Positions 57,677 to 64,000 of a stretch of DNA of 64,000 nt are shown one piece after another. A program made the translations under genes and the position numbers. Each line of letters begins with the position of its first letter. Position 1 is the stretch's first letter. The notes beneath the pieces were generated by a model. It saw only the letters and a program-made list of their open reading frames with translations, had not been told where the DNA came from and did no database searches. The DNA comes from a bacterium (GTDB lineage: Bacteria > UBA8248): NCBI GenBank assembly GCA_965219955.1, contig OZ244799.1:2080001-2144000 (forward strand), given 5' to 3'.

Positions 57677-58237
57677 TTACGGCTTCAGGACTTCCCGCAC
57701 CATGTGGCTGATTTCGGGGAGGATGATCTTTTCCATTCCCGTGCGGCAGGCGTTCCCCGAGCCGGGCAGCGTCATGATGATGGTGTCCCGGCAAGTTCCA
57801 GCCGTTGCGCGGGTGAGCATGGCGGCCGTGCCGATGTCCTCGAAACTCACGTGCCGGAACAACTCGCCGAAGCCGGGCATTTCCTTCTCCAGGATGGAGA
57901 CGACGACGTCGTACGTCGTATCCCGCTTGGTGATGCCCGTTCCCCCGTTCGAAATCACCACCTGGATGTCGGGATTCGCGCACGCCTCGAGCAGGGCTTC
58001 GCGAATCTGGGCAGGTTCATCCTTCACGATGCGGTAAAACGACACCTTGTGGCCCATGTCGCTCAGCATGTTCATGAGCAGTTTCCCGCTCGTGTCGCTC
58101 TCTTCCGTCCGCGTGTCGCTCACCGTGAGCACGCCGCACGTGACGGCGTCCGGTCCCTCGGCGCGGTGGTCTTCAAAAGTTTTCAGATCGGCCGCCTGCT
58201 CGACTTCCCGGCGGGATGGACCCTCGCCCTGGTTCAT
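57677..58237 (-). CDS. moaB: MoaB/MogA molybdenum cofactor biosynthesis protein
   Basis: 'VLTVSDTR...D.SG', 'GGTGITKRDTT', 'GFGELFR', 'LPGS'. Confidence 0.9.
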   Translation of the reverse strand: MNQGEGPSRREVEQAADLKTFEDHRAEGPDAVTCGVLTVSDTRTEESDTSGKLLMNMLSDMGHKVSFYRIVKDEPAQIREALLEACANPDIQVVISNGGTGITKRDTTYDVVVSILEKEMPGFGELFRHVSFEDIGTAAMLTRATAGTCRDTIIMTLPGSGNACRTGMEKIILPEISHMVREVLKP

Positions 58238-58414
58238 TCTTCTCTCCTGCTTTTCGGATTTCAGCGATATTCGTTTTTCTGCGCTCACGCCCGAGAACAA
58301 AAGAACCGGAGAACGAATTCTCCGGCTCTTCGAGGCTTGCGAAACGATACATCAAGAAGGCACGCCGGGAGTTCGCTTCCATCCTCCGGCAGGCTCGCCG
58401 CGCGCCCTCGGAAT

Positions 58415-58693
58415 TTATTTCATCATTTTCTTCTTGAAGCCCTTGGCCATCATGCACGAATCGAAATTGCTCTGCGCATAAGACGATGCGGAACTGGTCG
58501 CTTCGGGACCGCCCTTGGCTTTCGCATCGAATATGAACTCTTCCTTCATCGCGCAATTTTTAAGGTCTTTCACCGCCTGGTCCATCTTCACGCCCACGCC
58601 GCGCTTAAACCAGACGTTGTGCTCGGGCGTCGAGCACCCAGCAACCACGAAAACCACTCCAGCCGCAAGAAAGATACCAGCCATTTTTCGCAT
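58415..58693 (-). CDS. Small lipoprotein with two Cys
   Basis: Lipobox VAGC; 'W.K.G......DLKNC' and 'FDSCMMAKGF'. Confidence 0.7.
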   Translation of the reverse strand: MRKMAGIFLAAGVVFVVAGCSTPEHNVWFKRGVGVKMDQAVKDLKNCAMKEEFIFDAKAKGGPEATSSASSYAQSNFDSCMMAKGFKKKMMK

Positions 58694-58924
58694 GAGTCGG
58701 ATTCTCCCCCTAAAATCAATGCCTCGCTCGTCTTCTGAACACCGCGAGATCAAAAACACTCTTCAATCAAGACAAATCGAAATTTACCATTCTATTTCTT
58801 CATCGTCCAATGCAAAATACTCTAGCACTTCACCCGGTCAATATCGAGTGCTTCCGGCGGCGGTCCGGAGCCGCGAAATACGGCTGTTTCCATTAAAAAT
58901 TTCAATAGATAACGGATATTTTTG

Positions 58925-59081
58925 CCCCGTCAATTTATCGAAAAACCCCCTGAATTTATCTGATTTTATCGAAATTCCTTTTCTCCGGGCGCAACGACGC
59001 GCCTCGCCATCATACACGCCCGCGCCCTGAGCGGCGCAATCGCAAATGCGGGGAAATGCGGGGCGAACCCGACTGCGAGAA
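58925..59081 (-). repeat. Diverged second copy of the AT-rich GATAAA module found at about 44325-44490
   Basis: Reverse complement TTCGATAAAATCAGATAAATTCAGGGGGTTTTTCGATAAAT versus TTCGATAAAATTGGATAAATTCACGATGTTTTTCGATAAAT; both share CCCGCATTTGC. Confidence 0.7.
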
Positions 59082-59414
59082 AGGGTTGTCGACAAAGTCC
59101 CCTTTTCAAGGGGCAGGGGGACACCCCTCTCGACCGGAAAACCACCCTCCCTACCCCCCTTGACGGGGGATAAAAACAAAAAAGGCCCCCTGAAGCACTG
59201 GGGGTACAATGGTTTTGTAGGGACAGGCCTCCGTGCCTGTCCTGACAAAGGACAACCACGGAGGGCAGGACAGGCACGGAGGCCTGTCCCTACGATGAAC
59301 AATTCGATGATCGGGATTCCCCGCCTCGTCGGGGAGCATCGCCTTTACCTTCCTGACAAGGGGGTAGGGGGGGTTGCCTTTATCTCGTCAGGAGGGGGCT
59401 TTTCCAACAACCCC
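59082..59414. mobile_element. MITE/REP mosaic I
   Basis: AGGGTTGTCGACAAAG...CTTTTCCAACAACCCC; GTAGGGACAGGCCTCCGTGCCTGTCC...GGACAGGCACGGAGGCCTGTCCCTAC pair. Confidence 0.8.
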
Positions 59415-59552
59415 TGCAGGGACCGTTCGCGAACGGCCCTTTAACTCGAGCAGCCCCTCCTTCCTCGGTCGGGGCTGACCCCCAATCCCGCGCGAATATG
59501 CTATAAACAATGAAAACGCGACAAATCGCAGCCTGAAAAGGAGAAGAAAGAC

Positions 59553-60359
59553 GTGTCGAACTCGGATCTGGCGGGAAGCTGGGCGCTCATCCTGGGAGCG
59601 AGCAGCGGCTTTGGAGAGGCGAACGCGCTCAAGCTCTCGAGCCTGGGCGTGAACATTCTGGGCGTCCACCTCGACAGAAAGGCCACGCTGCCCAACGTCG
59701 AGCGCATTCGGGAGCAGATCAGGACGAACGGCGCGGAATCGCTTTATTTCAACGTGAACGCGGCGGGCCACGAGGAGCGCGAGGGCGTTCTGGATCAGAT
59801 AGGGGAGCACCTGGGCGGGAACGCGGAGGGCGCGGTGCGCATCCTGCTGCACAGCCTGGCCTTCGGCACGCTCAAGCCCTATATCGCCGAGGAGGAGAAA
59901 GACGCCATCAGCCCCAGGCAGCTCGAGATGACGCTCGACGTCATGGCGAACAGCCTCGTCTACTGGAGCCAGGCGCTCGTGCGGCGCGGCCTCATGGGCT
60001 TCGGGGGCCGCATCTACGCCATGACGAGCGCGGGCGGGCACCGCATCTGGAAGACCTACGGCGCCGTGTCGGCGGCCAAGGCCGCGCTGGAGAGCCACAT
60101 CCGCCAGCTCGCCGTCGAACTCGCGCCCTTGGGCATCACGGCGAACAGCATCCAGGCCGGCGTCACGGACACGCCCGCCCTTCGCAAGATCCCCGGAAAC
60201 GCCGAGATGATCGAGGGTACGAAGAAAATCAACCCGCACGGGGAACTGACGACGCCGCAGAAAGTGGCCGACGCCATCGCGACGCTCGCCGCCTCCGGCA
60301 CGCAGTGGATGACGGGAGACCTGATCCGCGTCGACGGAGGCGAAGACATCGCGGGTTGA
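59553..60359 (+). CDS. SDR, enoyl-ACP reductase-like (FabL/FabI-type)
   Basis: 'ILGASSGFG', YxxxxxxK in 'YGAVSAAK', 'GVTDTPAL', 'MTGDLIRVDGG'. Confidence 0.85.
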   Translation: MSNSDLAGSWALILGASSGFGEANALKLSSLGVNILGVHLDRKATLPNVERIREQIRTNGAESLYFNVNAAGHEEREGVLDQIGEHLGGNAEGAVRILLHSLAFGTLKPYIAEEEKDAISPRQLEMTLDVMANSLVYWSQALVRRGLMGFGGRIYAMTSAGGHRIWKTYGAVSAAKAALESHIRQLAVELAPLGITANSIQAGVTDTPALRKIPGNAEMIEGTKKINPHGELTTPQKVADAIATLAASGTQWMTGDLIRVDGGEDIAG

Positions 60360-60518
60360 GGCGGGGGTTTTTCAGAGACGGAGAACGATCCGGGAAAACC
60401 CGCTATGGCGCGTGACGGAAAGAATTCGTGCGTTCGTCCAAGCACTCGCCTGTTCCCGGCCGGACACGCCTTACGCCGCGCATCGGGATAGACTCCCCTC
60501 TTTTTCCCTGAGATCCGC

Positions 60519-61271
60519 ATGAGCGACACAGAAATCGCCATCGTCGTCTGCGTCCTCTTTTTCGGGGGATTCGTGAAGGGGTCCATCGGCTTCGGCACGC
60601 CGCTGGTGGCCGCCCCGCTCCTCGCGCTCTTCATCGCCCCCAAAGAAATCGTCACCCTGCTCGCGCTCCCGCTCCTCATCTCCAATTTCACCGACACCTA
60701 CCGCCTCCGCTCCGAATGGCGCGCCATCCGGGAGATCTGGTTCTATCTCCTGTGCGCCATGGCGTTCATGCCGGTCGGGGTGTGGTTCCTGGGGTTCGGA
60801 GACCCCGATTTCATCCGTCTGATGATGGGCGTCATGGCCTATATCTACCTGCTCGTGGAGAGCCGCCTGGGTTTCTTCAAGGAACTGGGCGCGGGCTTTC
60901 AGAGAGTCGTGGGCGCCCTCATGGGGGCGACGCTGGGATTCGTCTACGGGACGACAACCATCAGCGGCGCCATCAACATCATCTACTTCAGCATGCTCAG
61001 GCTGGCGAAAAACCCGTTCATCTTCCTGATGAACGCATTCAACTCGACGGGCATGTGCGTCATCATCCTGAGTCTCTACCTGCAGGGCTTTTATACGAAA
61101 CCGCGATTCACGAACGCGCTTCTGGCAATCATCCCCGTCTACGTCGGGTACTGGGCGGGCATCCGCGTTCGTGAGCGCATCGACCAGGCGCTTTTCTTCA
61201 AGCTCATCCGTATCGCCCTGTTCCTCATCGCCACGAGCCTCGTGATCAAGTTCATCATGGGGAAGATGTGA
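60519..61271 (+). CDS. TauE/SafE (sulfite exporter) family membrane protein
   Basis: 'GGFVKGSIGFG.PLVAAPLL', about 8 TM segments, 'G.WAG...RERI'. Confidence 0.88.
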   Translation: MSDTEIAIVVCVLFFGGFVKGSIGFGTPLVAAPLLALFIAPKEIVTLLALPLLISNFTDTYRLRSEWRAIREIWFYLLCAMAFMPVGVWFLGFGDPDFIRLMMGVMAYIYLLVESRLGFFKELGAGFQRVVGALMGATLGFVYGTTTISGAINIIYFSMLRLAKNPFIFLMNAFNSTGMCVIILSLYLQGFYTKPRFTNALLAIIPVYVGYWAGIRVRERIDQALFFKLIRIALFLIATSLVIKFIMGKM

Positions 61272-61802
61272 GGGGCTGTTGAAGAAGCCCGATGCGGCTC
61301 AATCCTCTGCCTTGTCCTGCGCAGCCCGCCGCTCCGCCTCACCCTGAGTAGCGGCGAAGCCGCGTATCGAAGGGCGCTCCCCTTCGACAGGCTTTTGATG
61401 CGCCCGGGTCCTCCCTCGATACGGCGCGCAAGCGCGCCTACTCGGGATGAGGGTTTGGGGCGCTTTCTCGGGATGAGGGCGTCAAGCGTTCTACAAAGCC
61501 CGATGCCGCGCGGTGGGTCAATCCCGACCGGCGGCCCCTACCCATCCCCCTCGAATGGCGACCGTAGGGACAGGTCGCGACCTGTCCCTACGAGACGGTG
61601 CGGTTTTGTTCGTCATTCCGGCCTTGAGCCGGAATCCATTTGGTTTTGCCTTTGTTTTTTATTTTCTGATCGATTCGCGCCAATGACGAGGAGATGAAAA
61701 GCCGTAGTATTATCATTCTGCTTGAAAATGGATTCCGGCTTTCGCCGGAATGACGGCAATCCCGTCATGGCAGGGGTTTTTCAACAACCCCGACAAGGGG
61801 GG
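61272..61802. mobile_element. MITE/REP mosaic J
   Basis: GGGGCTGTTGAAGAAG immediately after the TauE stop; right terminus TTTTTCAACAACCCC at 61791; contains CCTCACCCTGAGTAG, GTAG and GTCATTCCGGC cassettes. Confidence 0.8.
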
Positions 61803-61892
61803 AAATGCAATGTCCCCTGCGGTCGAGTCATGTATGCGATTTCTCCCAAAATCCATTTCCCGAACAGTTGCCGCCCGATTTTCTCAACAAAC

Positions 61893-61924
61893 AAAACCCC
61901 GCCCGGGCGGACCCGGACGGGGTT
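61893..61924 (-). terminator. Probable intrinsic terminator
   Basis: AACCCCGTCCGGG...CCCGGGCGGGGTTTT on the minus strand downstream of the amidohydrolase. Confidence 0.55.
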
Positions 61925-61955
61925 AGATGCTATCGGCGAGAGGCCGGGCTACCGG

Positions 61956-63110
61956 CTAGCTGCCGTTCTTCGCCATGATGGCGCGGGTGATGTCGCCCTC
62001 GGGCGTCTTCCCCTCCGGCGCGCCGTTCATGCCGGGGAATTTCAGGTGGTTCTTCACCGGGTCGATGCCCGCCAGCCTCGCGAGCGTGCCGCCCAGGAAG
62101 TCCGCCTTGTCCTGTTTCGTGATGGCGGGGTATCCCCACTTCTCCTGCAGTTCCTCGTCGATTTCGAGCTTCAGGACCGCCTCGACCGACTGATACGGAT
62201 CCGAAGCGGGCCAGTCGCTGCCCCAGACGAAACGGCCGGGGCCGACGATCTGCAGCGTCGTGCCGACCATGTGGGCGAACCGGTGCGGGGCGCGCATGAG
62301 CCAGGGCAGCAGAATCGAGTAGCTCACGTATACGTTCGGGTGCTTCCACATCAGCATGACGAGGTCTTCCCAATAGGGATAGCCGCCGTGATAGGCGACG
62401 ATCTTGAGGTCCGGGAAGTCGGACGCCACCTCGTCCAGCAGAATCGGCAGGGTGTAGCGCGTGGGACCCAGCCGGATGGTGATGCCGGTGTGGAAGAAGG
62501 CGACGATGCCCTTGTCCTGGCACATCTCGTAGGCGGGCCAGAGCCTGCGGTCGTTGATGGGGCAGTCTTCGGGCTGATAGAACTTGGTGAACTTGAAGTT
62601 GTAGTTGTCGTGGAGGTATTCCATCTCCCAGAGGAAATCCTTGGTCTTGCGCTTCGAGAACGGCCCCACGTTCGAGACGCCGATGACGCGGTCGGGGTAT
62701 TTCTCGATGGCGTCGATGACGTGCTGGTTCGTGGAGAACGGCGCGCTGTCGCCCGCCGTGTCGATGAACGACTCGCGCATCAGGGCTATCTGGTCCACGC
62801 CCGAGCGGTCCATGTCGGCGATGATCTTGTCGATGTGCCAGTCCATGCCCGGGTGCATGGCCGACTGCCTGTTGTTCCTGTGGTCGATCCACTGCCACTG
62901 GTTGCACATCTTGTGCGCGTACTCGAAGGTTTTGGTCCCTTCGAAATACTTGATGTAGCGCCGGTAATCCTCGGGCATCACGTGGACTTCGCAGTCGATG
63001 GTGTAATAGTCGTTCGCGTCCTCGCCCGTCTCGGGATTGGACGGCAAGGGCATCTTGGTGTCCCACGAGGGGGGCACGAATTCGGCCTGCGCGGTTCCGT
63101 CTGTGCTCAT
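61956..63110 (-). CDS. Amidohydrolase family 2 protein
   Basis: 'IDCEVH', 'FHTG', 'AYHGGYP', 'WGSDWP'; GGAGG RBS. Confidence 0.88.
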   Translation of the reverse strand: MSTDGTAQAEFVPPSWDTKMPLPSNPETGEDANDYYTIDCEVHVMPEDYRRYIKYFEGTKTFEYAHKMCNQWQWIDHRNNRQSAMHPGMDWHIDKIIADMDRSGVDQIALMRESFIDTAGDSAPFSTNQHVIDAIEKYPDRVIGVSNVGPFSKRKTKDFLWEMEYLHDNYNFKFTKFYQPEDCPINDRRLWPAYEMCQDKGIVAFFHTGITIRLGPTRYTLPILLDEVASDFPDLKIVAYHGGYPYWEDLVMLMWKHPNVYVSYSILLPWLMRAPHRFAHMVGTTLQIVGPGRFVWGSDWPASDPYQSVEAVLKLEIDEELQEKWGYPAITKQDKADFLGGTLARLAGIDPVKNHLKFPGMNGAPEGKTPEGDITRAIMAKNGS

Positions 63111-63271
63111 ACTCTCATACCTCCAGAAGGTTCGGATTATGGAAGCGACGGCGTCGCTTTCCGCTCTATGATGACAAACGCCATTTGCCCAGAAACAAAA
63201 GAAGCCCTATGTTAGTTTGCACGAGAAATCATGTAAAGCAGCCCCCGTTCGAAAACCAGGAAGAGGCGGCG

Positions 63272-64000
63272 ATGTCCGAAGCTACGAGAAAATCCTATAC
63301 GATCTGCTCCCCCCACTGCGGGAACAACCCCTGCAGTTTCGAGGTGGAATCGAGCGGCGATAATATCTCCTCGTTCCGGGCGAACCCCAGAATGCGCATC
63401 AAGCCCTGCATCAAGGGGTTCCAGCTGCCGGACAGGTACCATCATCCCGACAGGCTTCTCTACCCGATGAAGCGCGTGGGTGCTAAGGGCTCCGGGCCGG
63501 GCGGCGCGAACCGCTTCGAGCGCATAAGCTGGGACGAGGCGCTCGAACTCGTCGCCGGTGGGCTCGAGGCCGCCAAGGCGAAGGGCGGGAACGAGTCCGT
63601 GATGATGTACCACTACTCCGCCCAGCACACCCTGCCCGGCGGACGCGACGCCGAACCCGCCACCATCATGCGGCTTTTGAACATGTGGGGCGGCGCGGTG
63701 CAGCCCTACATGCGCGGCAGCCTCTGCTGGAAGGCCTTCCTCGGCGCGAGCGAAGACGTGTTCGGCCACTGGCAGGTGAGCAACAAGCCGACCGATGACT
63801 GCGAGTGGATCGTCCTGTGGGGCAACAACCCGGTGGAGACGGGATACCGCGGCCTGCTCCAATCCTTACAGAGCGCCAGGAGAAACGGGACGCGCTTCAT
63901 CGTGGTGGACCCTTTCCGCACGCGGACGGCGGAGCGATTCGGCGAGGTCCACGTGCCGATCCGCCCCTCGACGGACACGGCGCTCGCGCTAGCCGTGCTC
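63272..64000 (+). CDS. DMSO-reductase-family molybdopterin oxidoreductase, N-terminal part (runs off window; absent from ORF track)
   Basis: ATG 63272 gives MSEATRKSYTICSPHCGNNPC...PCIKG (4Fe-4S Cys), then 'HPDRLLYPMKRVG', 'FERISWDEAL', 'LWGNNPVET', 'VVDP', 'PIRPSTDTALALA'. Confidence 0.9.
   Translation, partial: MSEATRKSYTICSPHCGNNPCSFEVESSGDNISSFRANPRMRIKPCIKGFQLPDRYHHPDRLLYPMKRVGAKGSGPGGANRFERISWDEALELVAGGLEAAKAKGGNESVMMYHYSAQHTLPGGRDAEPATIMRLLNMWGGAVQPYMRGSLCWKAFLGASEDVFGHWQVSNKPTDDCEWIVLWGNNPVETGYRGLLQSLQSARRNGTRFIVVDPFRTRTAERFGEVHVPIRPSTDTALALAVL

Noticed and set aside
4584-61802. Repeat clusters as CRISPR arrays
   Set aside because: There is no regular direct repeat-unique spacer periodicity; the units are inverted pairs, and no cas genes are present.

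Overview
A 64-kb chromosomal window from a high-GC bacterium (about 60-65% GC by spot counts, with a roughly 50-55% stretch at about 45.8-55.3 kb). It is rich in catabolic and redox genes: many alpha/beta hydrolases, an LLM monooxygenase plus FMN reductase, IlvD/Edd, an OYE-family flavoenzyme, two amidohydrolases, tandem M24 peptidases, a TRAP transporter, sdhCAB and two Mo enzymes. Housekeeping genes include tyrS, coaD, an AspC-like aminotransferase, moaB and tRNA-Asn. Five things stand out. (1) A bacterial 416-aa acidic, internally duplicated protein ends in a clear archaeal/eukaryotic ribosomal protein eL13 (L13e)-like domain and sits between two toxin-antitoxin pairs just downstream of tRNA-Asn. 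(2) Two probable selenoproteins are hidden by in-frame UGA codons, each followed by a SECIS-like hairpin: a UxxC TlpA/DipZ-like redoxin heading a cytochrome b plus Tat sulfite-oxidase-family (MsrPQ-like) operon, and a UPWA DsbA/FrnE-like protein. (3) Ten intergenic mosaic non-autonomous elements have GGGNYTGTTGAAAAA-like termini (5-bp target duplication visible twice) and carry shuffled REP-like hairpin cassettes. (4) An uncharacterised MoxR-type AAA ATPase is paired with a 657-aa partner. (5) An ABC-ATPase/TOPRIM-like (DUF4276) pair is a putative defence system. All family assignments come from motif recognition by eye; no database searches were run.
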